From assembly GCA_947626445.1 (NCBI GenBank), contig CANQSC010000002.1:1-36024 (forward strand): a stretch of DNA of 36,024 nucleotides, written 5' to 3'. Every line of letters begins with the position of its first letter. The first letter of the stretch is position 1. Made by a program: the position numbers and the translations under genes. Source of the stretch: an uncultured Bacilli bacterium. GTDB lineage: Bacteria > Bacillota_I > Bacilli_A > RF39 > UBA660. Shown here in pieces: positions 17,901 through 24,854 of this stretch. The notes under the pieces are model-generated. The model did no database searches and was not told the origin of the DNA. It saw only the letters and a list, made by a program, of their open reading frames with translations.

Positions 17901-19094
17901 TAATTTTTTTAAAAAAGTTCCATCTTTTTTATATAATGAAAATTCTGTTCCAGTTAAAGAACCCAAATTTGTAGGATTACATGTCTTTGTATCCTTATCT
18001 AATTTTTTAATTTTTAACTTTCCTAGGTACATTTTATCATATACCGTTAGACTAACTTCTGGTACTTCACTAGTAACATTAAAATAATGTTTTTCAGTAT
18101 CTAATTCATAATTTTTACCAGCTTTTGATTCTAATACGTAATAACGTCCTAATTCAAGATTATCTGCACTTGCACTACAATTTGAATCTATTACTAAATC
18201 TTTTATAAAAGTTCCATTTTCTTTATATAATTTGTAAACTGCTCCTACTAAAGAGCCTCCATTTTGAGCCTTACAAGTTTTATTATCAACATCATATTTT
18301 TTTAGTTTTAACTTGCCTCCTTCAACTGTTCCACTTATTGAAGATGTTACAGTATCAATATTACCAGTTAAAATTTGATTTTGATAATAATCAGAAATGT
18401 AATAAATTGTAGGTCTACCATACAATTCATTCTTCTTTTCTAAATTTACTGTATAATTTCCAACATTTGTAGGTGTAATTGTTAACTTATTACCATTTAT
18501 ACTAGCATTACAATTTGTACAACTTGCAACAGTAAATTTTGATAATACATTATTGTTGTCGGTAATTACTTTTGATTGACCTAATGTTAATTTTGATGTT
18601 GAACCATTAAAACTTGGCTTTTTATTGTGTTCAGCAACTAATCTCTTAATTTCGTTTCGCTCAGCACTTATATCGTATCTAGCACCAGAATCATTATAAG
18701 TATAATATCCCTCTGGTGAGTTAGTTACTGCCTCCCAAATCATAGCTTGCGTTGCTAAACGATAATCATTTGTTTGATGACCTGTATACCACCAACCATA
18801 ATAAGATATTTGAACAACTTTATCTTTTAATGTTGAACTTAATCTTGTATCATCCCAATTCCAAGATTCTCTGTATTCATATCCATAATTTGTTTCGACA
18901 TGTGGTTCTACACAAAATGTTGGTGCATTATTGACATAAAAAAATGAAGCCTGATCTACTTCATTTGAACCATCTGCCCAGTGATATGAAACATCCATTT
19001 CATAATACATTTTTAGCGTTGCAGCTTTTGTTTCATTTATTACAAAAAGACTTCCAAGCAACAACGCGACTAAATAAATAATTTTTTTCTTCAT
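14997..19094 (-). CDS. surface adhesin, 1365 aa: signal peptide, thioester domain, Cna-B/SpaA-type repeats, sorting-signal-like C-terminus
   Basis: Signal peptide MKKKIIYLVALLLGSLFVINETKA. Thioester-domain motifs FCVEP (Cys61, 18912-18914) and TQAMIW (Gln116, 18747-18749). At least eight repeats of roughly 90-98 aa. C-terminus is VPNTLS, then a hydrophobic helix, then RKKNRK. Confidence 0.85.
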   Translation of the reverse strand: MKKKIIYLVALLLGSLFVINETKAATLKMYYEMDVSYHWADGSNEVDQASFFYVNNAPTFCVEPHVETNYGYEYRESWNWDDTRLSSTLKDKVVQISYYGWWYTGHQTNDYRLATQAMIWEAVTNSPEGYYTYNDSGARYDISAERNEIKRLVAEHNKKPSFNGSTSKLTLGQSKVITDNNNVLSKFTVASCTNCNASINGNKLTITPTNVGNYTVNLEKKNELYGRPTIYYISDYYQNQILTGNIDTVTSSISGTVEGGKLKLKKYDVDNKTCKAQNGGSLVGAVYKLYKENGTFIKDLVIDSNCSASADNLELGRYYVLESKAGKNYELDTEKHYFNVTSEVPEVSLTVYDKMYLGKLKIKKLDKDTKTCNPTNLGSLTGTEFSLYKKDGTFLKKLVIDSKCEAEATDLLLGDYYIIETKAGKNYELDSTRYDFKVTKEGLEITKTLYNKIYLGKIKIKKLDKDNNSCTPQGKAKLTGAIYGVYDSKGGLVTKVTIGNNCEGETDRILLLGDYTVKEITSPLGYRLDPSTYRITVTKDNADGVINVVSKDEVYTTNLHINKTYLTEKGVNAEVGATFDIISKTFNKVVATLVIDESATAYVEIPFDDYIIRQTKGMSGYKLTRDIDFSVTEKSKENEYITLLNEPYSAKIRVKKVDTDGNEVPIKGIRFKIFDITNNKYVCQKGTYPDVAEYCEFETDNNGEFITLDILYPGKYRLEEVDQPIEGYVWNGNGLEFEINEKSKIVYDETLEEDILDLEFANQEVKGLIELYKIGEKVEIKDGNFIYIDAPLPNVTFGLFDDKGNLIQEYTTDSNGYIRIENIKLGHYTLKELKTLDKYILDEKVYEVDLKYQDQYTPIISKSFTNKNYLKKGKLEFTKTDLTTGEPIEGVTIDIYTENGELIYSGVTDKDGKIVVENLFKGKFYILEHEPKTGYRKNEEKVYFEIKENNEVVKAKMTNKKYEGDLEFTKEDIATGESLPNAEIEIYNADTNELVFKGVTDKNGKIVVKALEYGRYKIVEKIAPNGYVLNEEPIYFEITKDGQIYKAVMTDRKITGGLLFTKEDLKTGKTLPDAEIEIYNIDTNELVYKGKTDENGKILIENIEYGKYRIVETSSPKGYLLNEEPVYFEIRIDGEIVNAVMKDEIITGGLEFTKEDFSTEKPIPNTEIEIHDANTDELIYTGTTDENGKIVIEEIPYGDYYILEKNAPIPYTLNTEKMYFSIKENGEIIKTTMKDKIITSKIILHKVDENKKPIEGVTIGVYKKDGTLINAYVTDKNGNIELELEYGEYYFQELKSADKYKLTDEKIYFNVTKDGAVIEKTLVNELEEIEVPNTLSNSYIDIIAGIIVFVGTSLIIISTRKKNRK
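15101..16478 (-). repeat. five tandem coding repeats of about 273-276 bp (Cna-B-like domains) inside the adhesin gene
   Basis: Repeat starts read directly at about 16478 (GKLEFTKTDL), 16205 (GDLEFTKEDI), 15929 (GGLLFTKEDL), 15653 (GGLEFTKEDF) and 15377. The units are diverged copies at the nucleotide level. Confidence 0.8.
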
Positions 19095-19122
19095 TTCTTA
19101 CCTCCTTTTTAATTACCTTTAT

Positions 19123-19362
19123 TTAAAAATGTATCATTACATCTTTTAAAGGCGTTGCATAAATTCCCAATTTTTGTTGATATGCTACAATTTTGTCATA
19201 CAAACAAGTTAAATGTGTAGCTAACAACTGGTATCTTTCAAGTGAAATATCTAAACATGCTAATGTTCTAAAATATTCCGCATTTGAAATATTAAGTTTA
19301 CTTGCTCGTTGATTTATTATTTTTTTAAAATCATCCGACACTGATAACTTCATTTCAGCCAT
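19123..19362 (-). CDS. RHH / MobC-like small DNA-binding protein, 79 aa
   Basis: KLSVSDDFKKIINQRASKLNISNAEYFRTLAC resembles the MobC/RHH pattern (strand, helix, then S-x-S-E-Y-x-R). Confidence 0.45.
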   Translation of the reverse strand: MAEMKLSVSDDFKKIINQRASKLNISNAEYFRTLACLDISLERYQLLATHLTCLYDKIVAYQQKLGIYATPLKDVMIHF

Positions 19363-19412
19363 ATTTCATCACCTCCTTATCTTACTAATTCACTACTATT
19401 TGTAATTTCAAA

Positions 19413-19862
19413 TTAATTAAATATCTCAATATGAAAATATTTTGCTACTTTTACATAACAACTCTTTTTTCTTAAATAGATATTACTTTTATCGAGAGAT
19501 AATTTTTCTGCAATTTCTTCATCTGTATGCCTAGACAGTATCGAATAATTAAATATTATTTTTTCATCAGCCGTAAGTTTTAATCTTAATGCTTTAAATT
19601 GTTTATTCATTGATTCGATGTATTCTTTACATTCAATAATTTTTAAAGCACGTTTAGAAGTTGGGTCGCTTATATTAGAAGAAAAAATCCCCATTGAATC
19701 ACTAGATAATGGAGAACTATAAGAAACACATATTTCTTCTACCTTTGCGCTATAAGATCTATATTTTGAAAAATAATCTAATACAACTCCTTTAAGCTGT
19801 GGATAATTGTATTCATCTAACACTTCCTTTGCATACAACTTTGGTTCTTTAACTTTAGGCAT
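19413..19862 (-). CDS. ArpU / sigma-70 region-4-like transcription regulator (Tn916 Orf7-like), 149 aa
   Basis: The C-terminal TADEKIIFNYSILSRHTDEEIAEKLSLDKSNIYLRKKSCYVKVAKYF looks like a region-4 HTH. Start set at ATG 19862 (GAGGGAG SD) rather than the TTG at 19907. Confidence 0.5.
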   Translation of the reverse strand: MPKVKEPKLYAKEVLDEYNYPQLKGVVLDYFSKYRSYSAKVEEICVSYSSPLSSDSMGIFSSNISDPTSKRALKIIECKEYIESMNKQFKALRLKLTADEKIIFNYSILSRHTDEEIAEKLSLDKSNIYLRKKSCYVKVAKYFHIEIFN

Positions 19863-19930
19863 TAAAACCATCTCCCTCTGAAAATACAAAAAAGGAACAA
19901 AAATCAATTTGCTCCATAAAAATAAATAGT

Positions 19931-19956
19931 GAAAATAAAAATGAGATAGCTCATTT
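19931..19956 (-). terminator. rho-independent terminator between the two ArpU-like genes
   Basis: Minus-strand AAATGAG-CTAT-CTCATTT stem-loop followed by TTTATTTT. Confidence 0.5.
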
Positions 19957-19981
19957 CTTTAAACTTATCCCATTTTACTAC

Positions 19982-20010
19982 ATTTTAGCATGTTGTTCTT
20001 GCGTTGTCAG
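19982..20010 (-). promoter_or_regulatory. sigma-A-type promoter for the arpU-like / adhesin / T4SS transcription unit
   Basis: Minus strand shows CTGACA, a 17-nt spacer, then TAAAAT preceded by TGC (extended -10). Confidence 0.45.
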
Positions 20011-20186
20011 TAGCAACTTTTATAGCAATTTTAGTTCTAAATTTAGTCGTGCTAATTCTACATAATTTCCATATTTTATAAGGCATAGAAGAAAAAATAA
20101 ACTTTTCTAAAAAGTATTATTTAAAAATTTTGCTCAAATATTTTTTTAAGCTTTTTCTTAAAAAATGGCAAAAAAAATAACAACCA

Positions 20187-20660
20187 TTAGTCAAATAAAC
20201 TAATAGTTGCAAATACTTCTTTGGTAAATCCATCTACTAAACTAAATCGAAGAGCAAATTTAACATAACAACTCTTTTTAATTAGATAATATGTTTTATC
20301 AGTTTTACATATTCTATCTCTAATCTGCTTATCTTGCTCTCTAGCTAAAATGCTATACTTGTAAATCTTGATTTCATCATCTGTTAAGTTTGTAAGTAAA
20401 TGTTCTAACTTTCTATCAAACTCTTTCAGATAATTTACTACTTTTTCTCTTTTTTCAACAATCTTATATGTTGAATCAACCTTCTTATGATTTTTTGAAT
20501 ATTCTCTATCATCTGACAATCTATGTTGTTGTAATGATTCTAAATATTCTTGTGCTACTGCTTTCTTGTAATAATAATCATCAAATAAATTATAAACTGC
20601 TCTGACAATTGATTTAAGATCATATTCATCAAGATATTTTTTCCTAAACTCTACTCGCAT
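20187..20660 (-). CDS. second ArpU / sigma region-4-like regulator, paralog of 19413-19862, 157 aa
   Basis: LTDDEIKIYKYSILAREQDKQIRDRICKTDKTYYLIKKSCYVKFALRF parallels the paralog (KKSCYVK motif shared). Start set at ATG 20660, about 9 nt after GGGGGTGG. Confidence 0.5.
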   Translation of the reverse strand: MRVEFRKKYLDEYDLKSIVRAVYNLFDDYYYKKAVAQEYLESLQQHRLSDDREYSKNHKKVDSTYKIVEKREKVVNYLKEFDRKLEHLLTNLTDDEIKIYKYSILAREQDKQIRDRICKTDKTYYLIKKSCYVKFALRFSLVDGFTKEVFATISLFD

Positions 20661-20794
20661 TAGCAAGTTCCACCCCCTTATTGAACGAAAAAGAGAAACT
20701 ACTTGAAGTTCTAGTCTTATAAATTAAGTTATGCTAATCTAAATCACCAGAAACCCCAACATATTTACAAATAAATTGTAAATAATTGCCATTT

Positions 20795-20864
20795 ATCTTA
20801 TAACTTTTTGAAAAAATGTCAAGACCTAAACTGCATTTTTGCAGATAACATTGCATTTTTGCAG
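20795..20864 (-). promoter_or_regulatory. promoter with two 14-bp dyad operators
   Basis: Minus strand reads CTGCAAAAATGCAA (20851-20864), a 6-nt spacer, CTGCAAAAATGCAG (20831-20844), 8 nt, TTGACA (20817-20822), 16 nt, then TAAGAT (20795-20800). Confidence 0.55.
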
Positions 20865-20873
20865 TTCATAGAG

Positions 20874-20908
20874 CAAAAAAATAGGACATTTCTCATAATT
20901 AGTCCTAT
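20874..20908 (-). terminator. rho-independent terminator after the MazG/Nudix gene
   Basis: Minus-strand stem ATAGGAC...GTCCTAT with a 14-nt loop, followed by TTTTTTT. Confidence 0.45.
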
Positions 20909-21020
20909 TTATAACAAGTATAACACAACATTCTTATATCTGTATCCCCCAAAAATCTTATACTAAAACTGGTAGTTGCTCTTATACTTAGTCTAATACT
21001 TAATATGGTAGTCCATCAAC

Positions 21021-22571
21021 CTAGTTAAATAGTTTTGCCCAAAATGGTACAAAGTTTTTATCATTTTCAATTGCTGAATCATAACATTTTGCAATAATAT
21101 CTTGATTAGTATTTCTTTCAACCAGAGAACAAAGTTCGTTAAAGTATTTAGTTGTTCCTCTATTTGATTTAAAACTTTTAACTAGCATTTGTGGAATAGT
21201 TTTATTATTCGTAATTACTAATAAATATACTAAATAATTTGAAGTGTTAATGTCTGTATTAACTTTCATTACAGAATATTTTATATTGTCTTTTTCATAG
21301 TCTTTATTTTCACAAACAGTTCCATCATCAAAATAATACATATCTGGATTACTTTTCTTTTGCTTGTTAGTATATTTATATAGTTTTTTAAGTTTGTTAT
21401 TCATTAATTTAACCCCCTTCTTAATATTTATTTTTGTTAATAATGAAAGATATAGTCCATTACTAACAAATGCTTTATCTAAATCTATTATGGTAATATT
21501 AATATTTTTACCATTTTCTCTTTTCCCTTTTATCCTTTTTGTTTTGTTATTTAATAGTTTTAATAAATCATGAACATCAGTTTCAACAAATCCTATAACT
21601 TCTTCTTGATCGTAGTTTCTTAAATCTGTTACATCTATATTTAAATCAGCGATATAAAAATATTGAAATTCTTTTATTTTATAATTTTTTGATACAGTCT
21701 TATTACAAGTTCTTTCTTCGACAAAAGTTAATTTATCATATTGAATATCTAAACCAGTTTCTTCTTTAATTTCTCTTACACCATTTTTAACAGTTTCTCC
21801 TGATAATAAATGACCTCCGGCAGTAATTTCAAGAAGTGGTGCTTTATTTACTTTATTATGATTAGGATTTTTAAGTTGTAAAAACACTTTATTCTTTTTA
21901 CTATTATATATTAAACAGCCAAATACTTTATGCCAATATCCTAATTTATGAGCTTGAGTTTTTTCACAATATCCAAGAAGATTACCTTTTTCATCATAAA
22001 TATCAATGAACTCAATTTTACTAGTATTACCTTTTCTAAATCTATCCAAAAATCCATTTGCATCTTTTAACATATCATTAAATTCTTTAATCATATTTAA
22101 TTTATATTTTTTAGATATTTGATAAGTAATAATAAACAATTTATATAATCTGTCTTTAACAAAATCATAGCTTGTATTGAAGTCTGCTCTATTTTTCTTA
22201 AAACGACACTCATAAATTTCCATTACAGCTTCTGTAAGTTGTCCTAAAAGAATAGTAAGACCATTTAAATCATCATACTTATAGTTTTTATATTCTTTAA
22301 TTCCATACATGTCTATATTTAATACTCTTGCAAGATTTATTAGTTGTAAAAGAACATCCGATAATTCATCACCAAGATTGTCTATTTTTCTTTTGTTTTC
22401 ATTAACATTTTCATTTGCAAATAAGACATTATATACATGACCTAATTGAACATATAATTCATTTAAATAATCTCTTGGATTCCATTCTTTACTCTTCGTA
22501 ATATCAAAATCACTAACTAATTTTAATGCTGCATCATAATAAGTATCTAAAAATTTGATTATATCTTTCAT
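21021..22571 (-). CDS. three-domain fusion, 516 aa: MazG-like NTP pyrophosphohydrolase N-domain, Nudix hydrolase, unknown C-terminal domain
   Basis: Nudix box GGHLLSGETVKNGVREIKEETGL is encoded at 21751-21818, preceded by an IDI/YfcD-like context (AHKLGYWHKVFGCLIYN). The N-terminal LGDELSDVLLQLINLARVLNIDM resembles the MazG/dCTPase metal-binding helix, which is a weaker call. The last 130 aa or so are unrecognised. The ATG overlaps the radical SAM stop (ATGA). Confidence 0.7.
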   Translation of the reverse strand: MKDIIKFLDTYYDAALKLVSDFDITKSKEWNPRDYLNELYVQLGHVYNVLFANENVNENKRKIDNLGDELSDVLLQLINLARVLNIDMYGIKEYKNYKYDDLNGLTILLGQLTEAVMEIYECRFKKNRADFNTSYDFVKDRLYKLFIITYQISKKYKLNMIKEFNDMLKDANGFLDRFRKGNTSKIEFIDIYDEKGNLLGYCEKTQAHKLGYWHKVFGCLIYNSKKNKVFLQLKNPNHNKVNKAPLLEITAGGHLLSGETVKNGVREIKEETGLDIQYDKLTFVEERTCNKTVSKNYKIKEFQYFYIADLNIDVTDLRNYDQEEVIGFVETDVHDLLKLLNNKTKRIKGKRENGKNINITIIDLDKAFVSNGLYLSLLTKINIKKGVKLMNNKLKKLYKYTNKQKKSNPDMYYFDDGTVCENKDYEKDNIKYSVMKVNTDINTSNYLVYLLVITNNKTIPQMLVKSFKSNRGTTKYFNELCSLVERNTNQDIIAKCYDSAIENDKNFVPFWAKLFN

Positions 22572-23695
22572 TTTCTAACACCTGCCTTTAAAACAAGTGG
22601 TTTTGCTCCATTTAAAGTAGAATTATATGTATCTTTTACGATATTATTAGTTGATACATAAACTTTAACTCCTAATTTATAAGATAAATAAGAAGCATCA
22701 CTAATTTTTAAATCAGCATTTTTAAGTTCCAAACTTCCATACTTATCAAAACAGTAATTAACGCCTTTTATATCAAAACCTAATTTTTCAAGTAATAAAG
22801 AACATTTTGCTTTTATTAGTTCTTCACTTATTTTTTTATGAGCTAATCGACAACGAGTTCTTTGTTCTTCGCTACAATGATTATAATTTAAACATTCTTC
22901 TGTACCATAATATTGGGTTGATGGTCTTTTCAATTTTGTGTTTAATCCACATGTGTTAGTTTGGAAAACTTGTTGAGAATGAGTATAATTTTTATTAAAA
23001 AATTTCCAAGCATTTTCAGGCCATACACAATTTGCTTTTAAACAAGCTTCTCTATTTTCCTTTACTTCATCCCAACATTCAATTTTATCAATAAATGTTT
23101 CAATAAGTGCTAAACCTGTTGTAACTGAAATATCAGTATATTGATTTACATAATCTAATATTTCTTTTATTTTTTTAGGATTTGAATTTTGTGGTAAAAA
23201 TGGTCTGAAATAATGTATTACATCTATCCCATTTTCGTGTAATTTTTTAAAGTTATTTTTTAATATTTGTTCAGATATTCTTGGCTCTATATCTTTACCT
23301 AATCCAGAATAGCTAATATAAAACACAATGTTTTGTTTTTTTTCTTTTAATTGTTTAACTCTATCAATAACTTCTTCTGGAATATTACATTTTGTAATAA
23401 TGATTAAATCATTCATAACATTGTTTTGATCTAACACATCAAGCAGTTTTAAAAGATATTTAATGTTTTTAGAATTTACAAAAATATCTGTATTTGGAAA
23501 CAAACATAGAGGAATATCTCTATCATAATATTTATAATTCAATAATTGTTTTACTGCTTCTTCTGGTGTTGCAAGTTCTTTAGGAAAACAATTATTATCA
23601 TTTGTTGCTTGTAATAAACAATATTTACATCCATTAGGACATCCAACAATTGAATTTATTGCCAACCAACTAGAGTGCATTTCAATTACAGACAT
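22568..23695 (-). CDS. radical SAM enzyme, spore-photoproduct-lyase / COG1533-like, 375 aa
   Basis: CX3CX2C cluster motif GCPNGCKYCLLQAT is encoded at 23618-23644. It closely parallels B. subtilis SplB GCMGHCHYCYLQTT as I recall it. A Cys-rich C-terminal segment (CGLN...ECLNYNHCSEEQRTRC) could bind an auxiliary cluster. Confidence 0.75.
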   Translation of the reverse strand: MSVIEMHSSWLAINSIVGCPNGCKYCLLQATNDNNCFPKELATPEEAVKQLLNYKYYDRDIPLCLFPNTDIFVNSKNIKYLLKLLDVLDQNNVMNDLIIITKCNIPEEVIDRVKQLKEKKQNIVFYISYSGLGKDIEPRISEQILKNNFKKLHENGIDVIHYFRPFLPQNSNPKKIKEILDYVNQYTDISVTTGLALIETFIDKIECWDEVKENREACLKANCVWPENAWKFFNKNYTHSQQVFQTNTCGLNTKLKRPSTQYYGTEECLNYNHCSEEQRTRCRLAHKKISEELIKAKCSLLLEKLGFDIKGVNYCFDKYGSLELKNADLKISDASYLSYKLGVKVYVSTNNIVKDTYNSTLNGAKPLVLKAGVRK

Positions 23696-23753
23696 ATAAT
23701 CACCTCTTTTTTAATTGATGATTATTCTAACATGAATATTATTAAATTTATCC

Positions 23754-23787
23754 ATGCAATTTTACAAGTGAAAATGCAATTTTGCAA
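23754..23787 (-). promoter_or_regulatory. promoter of the radical SAM operon overlapped by two 14-bp dyad sites
   Basis: Minus strand shows TTGCAA (-35, 23782-23787), a 17-nt spacer, then TAAAAT (-10, 23759-23764). Sites TTGCAAAATTGCAT (23774-23787) and TTGTAAAATTGCAT (23754-23767) are separated by 6 nt. Confidence 0.55.
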
Positions 23788-23790
23788 TCT

Positions 23791-23861
23791 AAAAAACCTA
23801 ATTTCAATATGAAACTAGGTCTGAATGACTTAGAGCTTCTAAAGTTTTCTAAGCACCACTC
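23791..23861 (-). ncRNA. candidate small RNA of about 71 nt: conserved hairpin module plus intrinsic terminator, downstream of the abi gene
   Basis: A TATAAT at 23868-23873 lies 6 nt before GAGTGGTGCTTAGAAAACTTTAGAAGCTCTAAGTCATT. A terminator hairpin follows (CCTAGTTTC...GAAATTAGG plus TTTTTT, 23791-23819). The 38-nt module is a copy of the abi 5' leader. Confidence 0.4.
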
Positions 23862-23889
23862 ATTAATATTATATTATAAAAATATAAAA

Positions 23890-24759
23890 TTATACATTAG
23901 GATAACCCATAATTCTTAAAATGTCGTTAACATTTATTGAAACTAATTTAGTATCTAATTTTTTAATTTCTTTTTCTATTGCTTTTATAAAACTATTATA
24001 TTGTCTCTTATCTAAAAAAATTTGCATGGATTTAATCATCATATATAAATTTGTAAGATTATCTTTTGATTTATAATTTGCATCAATCTCTTTATACTTA
24101 AGGGTATACTTATCTCTATAACAGAACAAACGTTCGTTATGGGCGCAAATATTTCTAATATTGGTTAAACACCTTAATATTTGTTTTAACAATAAATCAG
24201 ATATTTTAAATTTTTTTGAAATAATTTGCCTATCATTTTGTTTTAGTAATCCATAATAACTACTAATAACTCCGAATGTTAAAACTTTATTTAAAACAAA
24301 TGGAGGAATAAATCCATAAGTATCTTTATAGTGAGTGATAGCAAGATGTACTCCATAGTTATGATTAATTTCTTTGTTAATTTTATTAATCAAGTTTTTC
24401 CTCACAGATAAACTTGCATTATTATCTAAATTATTAACATCTAAATAAGTATCTATACCATATATACTAGAAATATGATTTGCTACTAAAGATTTTATAA
24501 CTATTTCAATTTCCAAAACATATTTTAATAATATTAGTTTTAAATTTTTGTCGAAGTTATATAAAGAATATATTTCCTCAAATGAAACACTAGGTAAATA
24601 ATTATTGTTAGAATCTTTAAAATTATATTTATAACTGTTGATTATAGAGTAATAAGTATATTTTTCCAATTTTTTTAAAGCAAGCTTTCTATTTTTAACA
24701 GTAACATTTTTAGTTTCTAAATAATCTAATAATTCTTCATTCGTTTTATATTCTTTCAT
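23890..24759 (-). CDS. Abi_2 (AbiD/AbiF-type) abortive infection protein with HEPN RNase motif, 289 aa
   Basis: The N-terminal LKKLEKYTYYSIINSYKY is typical of AbiD/F. The HEPN R-x4-H motif RNICAH, within TNIRNICAHNERLF, is encoded at 24139-24156. AAGGAGG lies 4 nt upstream of the ATG. Confidence 0.8.
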   Translation of the reverse strand: MKEYKTNEELLDYLETKNVTVKNRKLALKKLEKYTYYSIINSYKYNFKDSNNNYLPSVSFEEIYSLYNFDKNLKLILLKYVLEIEIVIKSLVANHISSIYGIDTYLDVNNLDNNASLSVRKNLINKINKEINHNYGVHLAITHYKDTYGFIPPFVLNKVLTFGVISSYYGLLKQNDRQIISKKFKISDLLLKQILRCLTNIRNICAHNERLFCYRDKYTLKYKEIDANYKSKDNLTNLYMMIKSMQIFLDKRQYNSFIKAIEKEIKKLDTKLVSINVNDILRIMGYPNV

Positions 24760-24850
24760 ATAACCTCCTTAAACAAAAATGACCTAGGGCTTCTAAAGTT
24801 TCCTAGGCACTACTCGAATATAATATATCATTTTCTAATACACATGTCAA
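24760..24850 (-). promoter_or_regulatory. abi promoter plus 56-nt structured 5' leader (first hairpin copy)
   Basis: Minus strand shows TTGACA (24845-24850), a 17-nt spacer, TATATT (24822-24827), 6 nt, then GAGTAGTGCCTAGGAAACTTTAGAAGCCCTAGGTCATT. The CCTAGG/CCTAGG stem encloses a 13-nt loop. Confidence 0.55.
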
Positions 24851-24854
24851 TAGT

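Noticed and set aside
15101-18317. Regular periodicity of about 276-294 bp that could be mistaken for a repeat array or CRISPR.
   Set aside because: The repeats are long, diverged and in frame within one 4.1-kb ORF, where they encode Cna-B-like domains. There is no short repeat/spacer structure and there are no cas genes.
1-19100. Search for a VirD4/FtsK-type coupling protein or a second Walker-A ATPase in the transfer region.
   Set aside because: Only the VirB4-like ORF carries a GxxGxGK(S/T) motif. No other ORF in this span has a Walker A motif, so no coupling protein was annotated.
22568-23695. Radical SAM protein considered as a prokaryotic viperin (pVip).
   Set aside because: The cluster-motif context (GCPNGCKYCLLQAT) and overall layout resemble SPL/COG1533-type enzymes. 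They do not match the viperin CNYKCGFCFH context or its C-terminal nucleotide-binding extension as I remember them. No adjacent nucleotide kinase is present.
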